Positions 52,006-64,000 of a stretch of 64,000 bases of DNA are shown piece by piece. The position numbers and the translations under genes are program-made. Numbering within the stretch: the stretch's first letter is position 1; the number at the start of each line of letters is the position of its first letter. Under the pieces are notes generated by a model. It was given only the letters and a program-made list of their open reading frames with translations. It had not been told where the DNA came from and ran no database searches. This DNA is from Octopus vulgaris (lineage: Eukaryota), in the NCBI GenBank assembly GCA_951406725.2, contig OX597817.1:172670001-172734000 (forward strand), in the 5' to 3' direction.

Positions 52006-52739
52006 TTATTTTACACCTATCAGGAAAAACTGTGGTCATGGTGATAAGAGAGAGAAAATAACACTAACATCAAGTTCGCCTATTTGATTATTAAACTTGT
52101 TTATTTAATATTGATTATTAATATTGTCAAGGTCCTTGTATCTGTTCAGACAAGTTTGGTTTTGTACGAGTGTGAAACAAAAGGGTGTATTAAACACACT
52201 GTTTGAATCAGAAACAAGCAAAGAAAAAAAGAAAAAAGAGAAAAAAAAGAAAAAGGAGAAAGGGAAAAATATTTTAATTTAAGCCTTGTAACTACTTCAT
52301 GGATAACATTTTGATTTTCATGTTAATTTCAAGGTAGATAGATAATAATGCTGTCTCGGTGAGCTAATTAATTAGGGGAAGCTCCTCCCTCCATTCATTC
52401 TCCTCGTTTCTGTAATATCGTTACTGGTGTCTTCTGATGATGAAATCAATAATTACCAAAGCTTTTAGTAGTTATTTCAATATTAATTAGAAATATGGTA
52501 GGATTTCATACTCATTAAAGATATTATTTTACTCTTTCTAAATAGGATCTCTATGAATCTTTTTGTCCCCCAATCTATTCATCTACTTTCATTTGTTGAC
52601 ATGGCTGTATGGTTAAAATGCTTGCTTCACAACCCTGTGATTCTGGGTTCAGTTCCATGACACCTTCACCAAATGTCTTATACCATAGTCATCAGTTACC
52701 CAGTTTCTTGTGAATGGAACCTGTTGTGCAGACACCGTG

Positions 52740-53660
52740 AATGCATATCACATTTCTTGAATGCCCAGATCCTTGGAGGTAGTAGACGTTTTCTGTTACT
52801 TAGGTGACCGAATTAGAAGGGTGCTCTGAAAGTATAATTGCTAGAATATGAACTGGCTGAAGAAAGTTCAGAGAGCCATTTCTTCTGTTTGTAAGAAAAG
52901 GCCTCTCTCAGAGGGTGAATGGCAGATTGTATGATGCTTGTGTAGAAACAGCAATGTGCACTGTGAATACAGAGGACATACAAAGCCTAGAAAGAAACAA
53001 AGCTAGCATGCTTCACTGGTTGTGCAATGTCAGTGTACATATACAGCAAGGTGCAAATTTGTTTTGAAATTTGTACCCACCATGCTAACGGTTCCGCCAG
53101 AGTGCAGTCTTCAAATAGTCCTTTCTACTATAGGCACAAGGCCTGAAATTTCGGGAAGGGGGATAGTTGATTACATCAACCCCAGTGTGTAACTGGTACT
53201 TAGTTTATCAACCCCTAAAGGATGAAAGGTAACTCTTTACTTGTTTCACTCATTTAACTGGCCATGCTGGAGCACTGCCTTTATTCGAGCAAATTGACCC
53301 CAGGACTTATTCTATCGGTCTCTTTTGCCGAACCGCTAAGTTACGGGGATGTATACACACCACCATCGGTTGTCAAGCGATGTTGGGGGGACAAACACAG
53401 ACACACAAACAATTTGAAATTTGGCATAAGAGGCAAAAGAGAAGACTGTGTTGGTATGGTCATGTGATGCAAATAGTTGACTCCAGCTGCATGAAGACAT
53501 GCCAACTTCTAAATATAGATGGAACTCATGATGAAAGAAGGAGACCCAGGAAGACATGGGACGAAGTAGTGAAGTCTGACTTTGGTGTTGTTGAGCTTCA
53601 TGGAGGGCATGACAAAGGACCAAGATGAATGATGATTCACTCTGCTGGAGAGGACCTGTC
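52740..53660 (+). mobile_element. Decayed RTE LINE C-terminal fragment interrupted at 53071-53412
   Basis: LEVVDVFCYLGD..GRLYDACV before the insert; RRLCWYGHVM..RPRKTWDEVVKSD after it. Confidence 0.8.
53071..53412 (-). repeat. Inverted local duplicate of 50988-51332
   Basis: It reproduces the SINE-A/SINE-D junctions and the private deletion, and is flanked by tttgaaatttg at 53063-53073 and 53413-53423. Confidence 0.9.
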
Positions 53661-54007
53661 TATCTCCGACACATCGTTAATGTCTATACTTCCACATTAA
53701 GTATGTTCTTGTCAAGACTTTCAAAAGACACTCACCCTTCCGCCACCCTTCTAACTATGGCACTATTTCTCAGCTGCTGTAACTATACAAGAACATAATT
53801 GCACATACTCCTCCCTTTTTTTTTTTTTTTTTTGAGCTACCAGTAATCCTGCTTCTTGGAATCACTTCCTCTGCCATTCATCCTGTGTTCCCAACAACAT
53901 CCCTTGCCACTGTATATCCTCTGAAAGTTCCCTTTTCCCTGAACATCCTCTCAGATCTTCCACCAATGCTCCATTTGGGATTTCTGTCTGTTCTCTGTCA
54001 CTGCATC

Positions 54008-54052
<45 letters not shown>

Positions 54053-54119
54053 CACATATCATTTTATTTCACTATTTCTTATCTATCTACAGTTTTATTG
54101 TATTGTTCTCCAACCTCAC

Positions 54120-54167
<48 letters not shown>

Positions 54168-54898
54168 ACATTGTCCTTACATTCCCCCTATGTGTCTCTC
54201 TCCTTCACCTCCTTGATTCTCTGCTCCTATTCTCTCTCTCTATTCACTTTCTTGTACCTTGAGAGTATAATCCTTTCACCTGATTTCCACCATCCTTTCT
54301 CTTGTTCCTGCTGGGATAGCCATCTATCTCATCTGAAAGTATCATCTTTATATACATAACTGGGCTTCTTGCCCAATTTGTTCATCAAACCTTCCTCACC
54401 ATCCATCCCTTGTCTTTCTATCATAGATCTGTCCATCACTTGCCAAACTGCAGCATTTTACTGCTGTAATTAAATGAATGCACAATATTTCCTTGTCTTT
54501 TTATCATAACCTCTTCACTTGGCATTCATCCTTCATTCTTAACATTGTCACTCTCCTCTTACATTTTACACTGATCGCCTTTTTGAGCTACTAAATTATC
54601 ACTTCCTCTCTCCTGAGCAACATCCTGTTGACTTGCTCCTATCACTTTACATCTCTCTCCCCACACACTATGTCATCTTTTCTCACACATTCTTAACAAT
54701 CTACACACCTGCACATCATTTCCCTTTCTTTCCTACTCCTTCTGTCTGCTTTAAATTTTAAAGGGTTAAAACAAGAAATTTGTATCAAAGAATCAGGGTG
54801 ACTTGGTGTCAGAAGGGTTTAGAAAATCTTTCTAAAACTTTCTTTCATAAAGAGTTGGTACTCAGTCTTTTCAAAATAAATATTTTTATATTTATATA

Positions 54899-56018
54899 TG
54901 GCGAGTGTTCCAAAAGTCACTGATGGGTTTCAATTTTTAATAACTTCCTTAACCTTACAAATAAATGCATGAAATTTTAATACAATATAAAGGATATAAT
55001 GTGGAGGCACGTGGCTTAATGGTTAGGGTGTCAGCATCATGATCGTAAGGTTGTGGTTTCAATTCCTGGACCGGGCGACGTGTTGTGTTCTTGAGCAAAA
55101 CACTTCATTTCACATTGCTCCAGTCCACCCAGCTGGCAAAAATGAGTAATGCTGTGTTGGACTGGCGTCCCATCCAGCTGGGGAACACATACACCACTGA
55201 AACCGGGAAACCAGGCCCATGAACCTGGCCAGGCTTTAAAAGGGCACATTTTTTTTTATTATTAAAGGATATAATGGAAATTAAAATGCACAAGTCAAAT
55301 TTTGCAACACCACTACATCACATGAAAAATGACATTGTTTAAATGGCAGCCATTTTCAGCTTTGCAAAACCTACACCATGACACCCTTAAGAGTTTCAGA
55401 CCCTACTTCTCTGATTTCTCTATTGATGTTCTCCTTCAGTTGAACCGTCTGTTTCAGGTATCCCTTAAGAAAAAATCCAGGCTAGTCAAGTCTGGGGAAT
55501 ATGAAAGCCAGTTGACATGGCTATAGCAGGAAATTATTCTCTCAACAAAGCATGACCATAGCAACTGCATTGTTTCTCTTGTAGTATGAGCAGTTGTCCC
55601 ATCTTGTTAGAAGCATGTGGGAAGTCTACTTTGAATGGCCTTCACGTTCCCCAGATTTGACTATTCTGGATTTTTTCTTGTGGGGATACCAGAAAGAGAA
55701 GGTTTACATCAACAAATTAGAGACCCTGGTGCAACTGAAGGAGAACATCAATAGAGAAATCAGAGAAGTGGCATCTGAAACTCTTGAGGTCATTATGGTG
55801 CAAGTTTTGGGAAGAGCATAGGTGTGCAAAACTGAAAAGGACTGCCATTTAAGAGATGTCATTTTTCATATGTGATGTAGTGGCGTTGCAACATTTGACT
55901 TGTGCCTATTAATTTCCATTATGTCCTTTATATTGTATTAAAATTTCATGCATTTATTTGTAAAGTTAAAGAAGTGATTAGAAATTGAAACCCCCTCAGT
56001 GACTTTTGGGACACCATG
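54899..56018. mobile_element. Palindromic Tc1/mariner DD41D (rosa-like) derivative built from two transposase 3' ends
   Basis: The minus arm reads QDGTTAH..WLSYSPDLTSLD (41 aa between the Asp residues). The plus arm reads WPSRSPDLTILDFFLWGYQK. Both termini contain ccaaaagtcactga, and TA follows at 56019-56020. Confidence 0.85.
55002..55262 (+). mobile_element. Family C-related SINE inserted in the DD41D left arm
   Basis: 14-bp TSD taaaggatataatg at 54988-55001 and 55263-55276. Confidence 0.9.
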
Positions 56019-58290
56019 TAGATGCAATTTTTATCTTTTAAAACAGTTTATTTTTTATTAATGTCTTATTAAAATTAAGGTGTGTACTGTCCATGTAATA
56101 TGATTTCTGTGATGCTGGGAATACCAGGATTCCACAATGATATAAGTTTAGGAACTGAACCTCTCTTTTAGATAAAAAAAGCTGACAGTTCTAAATTAAT
56201 TCAGGAAGTCCTTCTGCTGCTATGTATGATGTTCTTCTTAATGCCCAGGGTCAGGAATGTTTTTTTCTGTGATGAGTTAAATAAAACTTTCAAATCTGCT
56301 TTGCTTTTAATCTCTCTCTTTGATCATTTACTTTCCACCATCCCAGTCAGTTCTAAATGTCATCTTGTATCTTCTTTGTCCTGTTCACATTTAGCTCATC
56401 TACTTCCATATACTTCACCACCAATTCTTATTTCTAATATAAAAGTGATAATGATTCAGGTCAAGCAGATTAGCAAATTTCTCTATTTTGTAGATATTAA
56501 AATGTCCTCCTGCATAATATTGTCTACAAATGAGACATTCATGTGTTTGATATTTCTTTATCGTGTTCACATTTAGTTGTATCTGCATCAGTATGCTTTG
56601 CCATTGTATTTTAATATCATATGAAAACAATGCTGATTTAGGTCAAGCATTCTTGTGTATTTCTCACATGAAAGTATTAGTATGTACTCAAGACTTTTTT
56701 TGTTCAAATATTTATTTACATTTCTACTATTTCAATTATTAATAAAGTTATTCTGCAAAATTGTTGAAGTGACTTGTCATTTGTTAATGATTCACATTTA
56801 TATCTTTCATCATTCTATGCAATTCCAATTGAATTAGATAAACTGTGTTAAATTTAGCTTGCTTAGATACTTGTCTCCTTGTTAATTTGTAAATTTCATT
56901 TATAATTTTTAATTTCATTTATAATTTTTAATTTCATTTTGAAATTATACTCCCAAGCTTTAAACAAGAATAGAATACTCAAATGTTAATTACATTGACA
57001 TTACAACAACTATTCATATTATATCGGTATGATTCCAAGTTGTTTTTACTTTTGTGTTTTTAGACTTTGGTTTCAGCTCACAGATACTCTTCAATGACAT
57101 CAGAGATGTTTGATGAGAAAGCTGATTTGTAAATCATTCATATTAACTGACAGTAGAGTCTTGTATCAAATAAACTTTCATGTGCACACCTTAATTATAT
57201 AAGAATTAAATTACAGTTTTTTTTTTTCATTTACTTTGGTATTTGATCAAAATAATTTCCATACTTCATATAGAACATGTTAAGCAGTAAGACAGGCTGG
57301 TAATTTTTGTGATAAATGGCGTAGTTAGTAATTTAAGGTGCAAATTACACATTTTATCTACATCCTGCTAAGTTTACTTCATCATCGTCGTCGCCATTTA
57401 ATGTTGATGTTCCATACTGGTATGGGTTGGACAGTTTGACAGGATCTGGTGGGGCCGAGGACTGCATCATGTGCCAGTGTCTGTTTTGACTTGGATTCTA
57501 TGGTGGATGGACACCCTTCCTAACACCAACCACTTACTTCACAGTGTGTATTGGATGTTGTTGTTTTTTTCTTGCCACCAGCACTAGTGAGGACATCATG
57601 CAGTTTGTAAGACTACAAACCCCAGTGGTTTTGGGTGGGGGGTAGCATTATTCTAGGAAATGAGGAGTTACAGCATGAGAGGAGGGAGAAGAGCAGGTTT
57701 CTTGCTGTAGTTGAGCTCCATAACTACTCATGTTTTGATGAGAGGCTGAGAATAAAAATCTGAAGCTGTTGATTCATCTGGTTTACTCTTTAGGTTACAG
57801 CGAAAGCAATTATGAATCTTGAAGAATTTTAGTCTAATGAATCCAGCCTAGTATTCATTCTTTTTCAAAGCTTGGTACTTATTCTCTTAATTCCTCTGGT
57901 TGAACTGCTAAGTTACTGGGACGTGAACAGACCAACACTAGTTGTCATACAGTGGTGGGGAACACATACATACACAGACACACATACACGTACACAATGA
58001 GCTTCTTTCAGTTTCCATCTACCTAATCCACTCACTAAGCTTTGGTTGGCCCCAGGCTTTAGTAGAAGACACCCAAGGTGACACACAGTGGAACTGAACA
58101 CAGAATCATGTGGTTGGGAAGCAAACTTCTTACCACACAGCTACACCCGCATCTATATATGTCTGTGTGAGTGAATGTGTTTTTTATTCTCTCTCTCTTT
58201 CTTTAAGTCTGTTTGTTGGTTGTTCTTTGTTTCTACTTCTCTTAGTAACCATGTTTGGGTTGTTTGTAATTCAATAATCATTACTTTGCT

Positions 58291-58678
58291 TGGAGGTGCA
58301 ATGGCCCAGTGGTTAGGGCAGCGGACTCGCGGTCGTAGGATCGCGGTTTCGATTCCCAGACCGGGCGTTGTGAGTGTTTATTGAGCGAAAACACCTAAAA
58401 GCTCCACGAGGCTCCGGCAGGGGGTGGTGGTGAACCCTGCTGTACTCTTTCACCATAACAACTTTCTCTCACTCTCACTTCCTGTTTCTGTTGTACCTGT
58501 ATTTCAAAGGGCCGGCCTTGTCACTCTCTGTGTCACGCTGAATATCCCCGAGAACTACGTTAAGGGTGCATGTGTCTGTGGAGTGCTCAGCCACTTACAC
58601 GTTAATTTCACGAGCAGGCTGTTCCGTTGATCGGATCAACCGGAACCCTCGTCGTCGTAACCAACGGAGTGCTTCCAC
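58291..58678 (+). mobile_element. SINE family B
   Basis: Full-length match to 2728-3115. Confidence 0.9.
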
Positions 58679-59226
58679 TTTACTTGGTATTAGGTGAGGG
58701 TTGGCATCAGGAAAGGCATCTGCTCCAATGTGGTGGTAGTCTCTTTCTTTTGACCCATGCAAACATGGAAAAGAGATTTTAAAATGTTTCGTTTTTGGAT
58801 TTGGTTTGCATGAATATACAGGATACATACATACAGATGCACACACATGCATATATACATACATACACACATACGTACATGCATGCATGCATAGGTACAC
58901 ACACACACTGACCCACACACATGCGCACAAACAAACAAAAAGTATGCAGTGTAAATAACAGACAGAATCAAGACTATTGAAAAGGTTGCAAGATGCAACG
59001 AAAATTTTAGGAAAATAGAAATAAGAAATAAGTGGAAATTTTACCTGTGAGTGTGTTACATTATAAGGCACAAAAAGAAAATGACTCTCCCCAGACACAA
59101 CAGAATAATTCTAAAATGATCATAGTAATACTTATGATACAGCTGTTGCTAAGTTTTTAATGAAAATAGTTGCAGCTTTTAATATTTTTTTCACTATAAC
59201 TTGATTATTTATATTTTATATTACAG

Positions 59227-59374
59227 AGGCATTGCCACATCATTTGAAGGTAAACATGGCAGCATCCGATATTGGCTAAAAGCAGAAATGGACAAACCTT
59301 GGGCTTTCAATCATAAAACCAAAAAAGCCTTTACTGTAATATCCCCAATTGATATAAACAAACCTGAATATCAG
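59227..59374 (+). CDS. Next coding exon (148 nt) of the same alpha-arrestin gene
   Basis: Acceptor ttacag, donor cag|gtagat. GG from the previous exon plus A completes Gly, then GIATSFEGKHGSIRYWLKAEMDKPWAFNHKTKKAFTVISPIDINKPEYQ, containing the ARRDC hallmark TSFEGxHGSIRYW. Confidence 0.95.
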
Positions 59375-60719
59375 GTAGATATATTTAACTTTAGAAATAT
59401 TTATAACTTCTCCTCAAATTATATATTTAAAAAATGTTTTTGAAGGTTATATGTAGATTAGTTTCTTGCTAGAAACTAAAGAATATAATGCAGTGTTTAT
59501 TTCATGATCCAATGAGTTTCATTTTTTTGTTATTTTTAAATGAATATATTTCAGTGTTTATATTAAATTCTAAAATTGCTGATAAGTGAGTTAGAAAAAA
59601 ATGTTGGGAAATATATTTTATTGCAAAAATATGTTATGTCTGTCATCTGCTATTTTCTCTTTCTTTTTTCTTTTTTTTCATTTTTAGAGAGTTAATATTG
59701 TAATATCTTTTCCTCCATTAAATCTAGTTATGAAACAGAAGAATCAGTTACCTGATATTTTATGTTAAGAAACAACAAAAAAAAAACATAAAATATTTCT
59801 GTTGAAAATAAAATAAAGAGAAAAAAATTATGGTTTATGTAACTTTTGTAGAGCTTTATAGAAATTAGTCTTGCAAACATTCAGATAATTGAAGTGCTGC
59901 TACTCAAGCAGTGAAATAAAGTTTACCACCTAAGGATGATCTATTCTTGGTGTGTTTTTCACAGAAAAAAAGCCAAACAGCTGCAACTTCAAAACATGGA
60001 TGTAAGAGCTTCCAGAATTACTGAAGGTACCTGTTTCAAATCCATCAAAATTTTCAATAGAATTATTTCATTCTCAAAGTTTTCCAGTTAAAACAGTCTG
60101 CCTCTTCCATTTTTTTTGTGTCATATAATTTCTTTGATGCACAAATATATGAAGAAATATTTTCAACCTTAGCATTTAAAAACTCTATAATTGTAATTTT
60201 AAAAAAAATTGTTTAGTAATCATCTTACAGTTGACTGTGTGGAATAAATATTTCAATAAATTTGATAGGATTTAGAGATACTATTTAATGCTCCATTGTC
60301 TTTTTCAACATAACTTTTATGAAAGGCTTTTTTTTCTTAATACTTATTAATTTATAAATTGGGATCTACAATTTAAATTTCATTCTTTTAGATTCGGTTT
60401 CATAAAGAATCTGAAAGCTTTAAATTTCTTCAATAAGTTTTCTTTGTGGGGAACATCAGTATGTTTACTGCTATAAAATTGCCCTTGTGTATATCCTTCA
60501 AAATTATATACATGTATACATACACATGCTTATACACACATACTTGCATGCCTATATACACCTTAGAGTACATTTTGAAATTGCCAACATCTATTACAAG
60601 CTAATTGTAATTTTTTTTCTTTTTTAAATATCTTCAATAATTGACAATAATTTAAAATTAAAACTATAAATTAAATCGTAAAAGTTCTGTATAATTATGC
60701 TATTTAGCATAATTATACT

Positions 60720-61600
60720 CCAGTCTCTACAGGAATTGGTCCAATCTCCAATCAACGTGTCTTGTTCTCAAGAAAGGCAAATCTTCTGATCTTACCAACT
60801 CAACACATCACTCCCACCACTGCCAACATTTCAAAAGTACTGGGGTCAGTCATTAACAGCCACATTCTTTGGCACCTTGTATCCTTTCCCCCCTTTAATA
60901 ACTATCAATACAGCTTCTGTCAAGCCAGATCTACAAGGGATCTGCTCTCCTATAGTCGGCTCATAACCCTCACGAAATTCCGTAAAATTAATGTTGCATT
61001 TGATTGCATCTGATGTTCAAAACACAGCTAAATTGTCTCTCTATAAGTTCCAGTCGTTTCTTGTTTCTTGAGTTGGAGGCTTTCAATTACCATCTGTGCT
61101 GATAGAACACTCTCTCTTAACAGTGCAGCATGCACTGACAAAGCTCTCTCTTCCTCTCTCTACCACATTATTGACCTGACCTTGGTGTACCCCAATGCTG
61201 GGGCATTGTCTCTCATGCTATTTCTCTTATACACTGTCAACAACACCCACTTCTTATGTCGATGATACCACCCTTCACTCCTTAACTTTCCACACCTAAA
61301 TGTCTTCCCTATGAATCCTAATCACTTCATGCCAAACTTGCACTTCTATGAGAAGAGACTTCAGAAACATGCTTTGATGGAAACCATGTCAGTTTTTGTC
61401 TCTTTCAACTGTACAAAGTTACAGTCACTACACATATCAAGAAAGCAACCTAGTATCCCACCCTCCCCTAAACATGAACAATATGCAACAGAATTTGCTT
61501 CAAATGCTTGGCCTCACCATCTCTTATGATCTCTCTTGGTAATCTCACATCTTCAACATTACGAAGACTGAGCTTCTCCTCACAGTCAGAAAATGCTTCA
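60720..61600 (+). mobile_element. Decayed LINE RT fragment (Jockey/CR1-like)
   Basis: YQYSFCQARSTRDLL, GVPQ..LSLMLFLLY and YVDDTTL motifs across shifting frames. Confidence 0.6.
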
Positions 61601-62342
61601 AAACTTCCAGAAACTTAATAATTCTGTACAAAGATCAAGTAATTCTTTATATGTAATTTTATTATACATGCAAGGCATATTTCCTGAAGTAGGGAAATTC
61701 TGGTACTTGTAGGTAGTAAGAAACACCCCACTGGAAAAATAAAATAACCTTCTTATTGGGATTGTAGGAAAATTTGGTCTAAACAAGATCTTGATTAAGA
61801 CTAAATTTCTTGAGCCTTCTTTGTAGCATTTGACAAATTTAACACTACCAAACCATTCAAAGACATTTTTATGATCCTTTTAATCTCTTATGGAATTTAA
61901 CTTTATGAAAGAGAAACAAAAGGATTAATAAAGAAACATAATTATTTTTATGTAGTGCTTCCCTGAGATATGTAATATATTTCAAGAGTTCTGCAAGAAT
62001 AAAAATGTTGGGAAACACTGCTGTATGCGATAACTGAACATTGTTTTAAATGATGGTAAGATGGTAAAAATGATTCAACTGCTGAAATTCCATATTGTTG
62101 TTGATATTATAAGCTTATTTTTGTTGATAAGGAAACGGTTTCAAGTTCTCTGATATTATTGGGTCTTCTTTCTTTATTTTTTTTAAATTGTAAATTTATA
62201 TAATTAATATAATGATTTAATAAAAATATTTTTTTATTTGTGTATTATCTCTAAGAAACTAATTTAAACCTTATATTTAAATCTTACACACACATACACA
62301 CACACACACACACATGTAAATACTTTGCAGAAAAATTTATAT

Positions 62343-62488
62343 AGGCACAGGCGTGGCTGTGTGGTAAGAAGCTTACTTCCCAACCACATGGTTCTGGATT
62401 CAGTCCCACTGTGTGGCACTTTCGGCAAGTGTCTTCTACTGTAGCCTTGTGAGTGGGTTTGGTAGACAGAACTGAGAGAAGGCCATTG

Positions 62489-62531
<43 letters not shown>

Positions 62532-62671
62532 ATAAAACGGTAAGATAACAAAGAAAGAAAGACCTCATATATGTAAATATATCTATATATACATTACTGG
62601 TATATGTGGTGATTCCACTTCGGCATCTGCTCAGAGTTTTATCTTGACTCAGTAATGTAACATATTGTATA

Positions 62672-62707
<36 letters not shown>

Positions 62708-63328
62708 GTGTGTGTATGTGCTTGTCCCCCAACCCTTGCTTGACAACCAACGCTGGTATGTTACATCCCCATAACTTAGCAGTTCAGCAAAAGAGACTGA
62801 TAGAATAAGTACCAGGCTTACAAAGAATAAGTCCTGAGGTTGATTTCTTCAGCTAAAAGGCAGTGCTCCATCATGGCCACATTCAAATGACAGAAACAAA
62901 TAAAGGAATAAAAGAATATATATGTATATATACTCTTTTACATGTTTCGGTCATTTGACTGCGGCCATGCTGGAGCACCGCCTTTAGTCGAGCAAATCGA
63001 CCCCGGGACTTATTCTTTGTAAGCCCAGTACTTGTTCTATCAGTCCCTTTTACCGAACCGCTAAGTGACGGGGACGTAAACACACCAGCATCGGTTGTCA
63101 AGCAATGCTAGGGAAACAAACACAGACACACAAATACACACACATATATATACATACATATATACGACAGGCTTCTTTCAGTTTCCGTCTACCAAATCCA
63201 CTCACAAGGCATTGGTCGGCCCGGGGCTATAGCAGAAGACACTTGCCCAAGATGCCATGCAGTGGGACTGAACCCGGAACCATATGGTTGGTTAGCAAGC
63301 TACTTACCACACAGCCAATCCTGCGCCT
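62343..63328. mobile_element. Tail-to-tail pair of family-A SINEs (+ 62343-62905, interrupted; - 62930-63328)
   Basis: Both match the family-A pattern in opposite orientations. Confidence 0.85.
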
Positions 63329-63442
63329 ATATATATATATATATATATATATTTATTAATGTTTAGCAGAAGTAACAGAGTGACTCAAGGTCCAAGAGTA
63401 TCATGCATTGGCACTTAACAAACTTATATATATATATATATT

Positions 63443-63990
63443 CGTTCGGATGGTTTTCTTATGTGCCACCGGCACAATGGTACCACAAGGATACAAATTC
63501 CATTGAGATGAACATCAATGGAATTTGTATCCTTGTGGTACCAGTGCCGGTGGCACATAAGAAAACCATCCGAACGTGACCGTAGCCAGTACCGCAATGA
63601 CTGGCCTCCGTGCTGAGGGCACGTAACAAACACCATCCGAGCGTGGCCGTCCGCCAGCCTCGTCTGGCACCTGTGTCGGTGACACATAAGAAAACACCAT
63701 CCGAGCGTGGCCGTCTGCCAGCCTCGTCTGGCACCTGTGTCGGTGACACATAAGAAAACACCATCCGAGCGTGGCCGTCTGCCAGCCTCGTCTGGCACCT
63801 GTGTCGGTGGCACATAAAATCACCCACTACACTCTCGGAGTGGTTGGCGTTAGGAAGGGCATCCAGCTGTAGAAACACTGCCACATCTGACTGGCCTGGT
63901 GCAGCCTTCGGGCTTCCCAGACCCCAGTTGAACCGTCCAACCCATGCTAGCATGGAAAGCGGACGTTAAACGATGATGATGATGATATAT
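63443..63990 (+). mobile_element. 5'-truncated (GAT)n-tailed retroposon end (RTE LINE 3' UTR-like) with an internal 64-bp unit array and a 5' fold-back
   Basis: Hairpin at 63443-63576; units start at 63673, 63737 and 63801. The shared tail is ..ggaagggcatccagctgtag..catggaaagcggacgttaaacgatgatgat, and the element sits in (TA)n. Confidence 0.8.
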
Positions 63991-64000
63991 ATATAATTAC

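Larger units (their letters stand above)
41903..59226 (+). other. GT-AG intron (~17.3 kb, phase 2) of the alpha-arrestin gene
   Basis: GT at 41903 and AG at 59225-59226. The reading frame joins seamlessly (LPMG-GIATSFEG). Confidence 0.85.

Noticed and set aside
933-63953. Most ORFs in the supplied track (YIYI, CVCV, THTH, ERER runs and recurring SINE-derived peptides)
   Set aside because: They are translations of microsatellites and SINE/Helitron copies, with no splice or domain support.

Overview
AT-rich, microsatellite- and SINE-dense eukaryotic DNA. The repeat repertoire resembles an octopus (cephalopod) genome; this is inferred from repeat style, not verified. The only host coding sequence I can support is two phase-compatible + strand exons (41830-41902, 59227-59374) of an alpha-arrestin (ARRDC/TXNIP-like) gene, so most or all of the window is probably intron. 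The rest is transposon-derived: several modular tRNA-head SINE families, RTE and other LINE fragments, Tc1/mariner relics (including DD41D), TTAA (piggyBac-type), hAT-like and GG...CC MITEs, non-autonomous Helitrons, and a ~155-bp tandem array. The most notable signals are: (i) short elements embedded in (TA)n tracts that carry minimal hammerhead ribozymes with palindromic stem III and enlarged stem II, one intact on the gene's sense strand and one pair inside a long fold-back; (ii) a ~64-nt two-hairpin unit array with a compensatory change upstream of (GAT)n-tailed retroposon ends; (iii) a local ~340-bp templated inverted duplication with a flanking direct repeat; and (iv) chimeric SINEs. Nearly all listed ORFs are microsatellite or SINE artefacts. 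Repeat boundaries were read by eye and are approximate unless a TSD or TIR is quoted.
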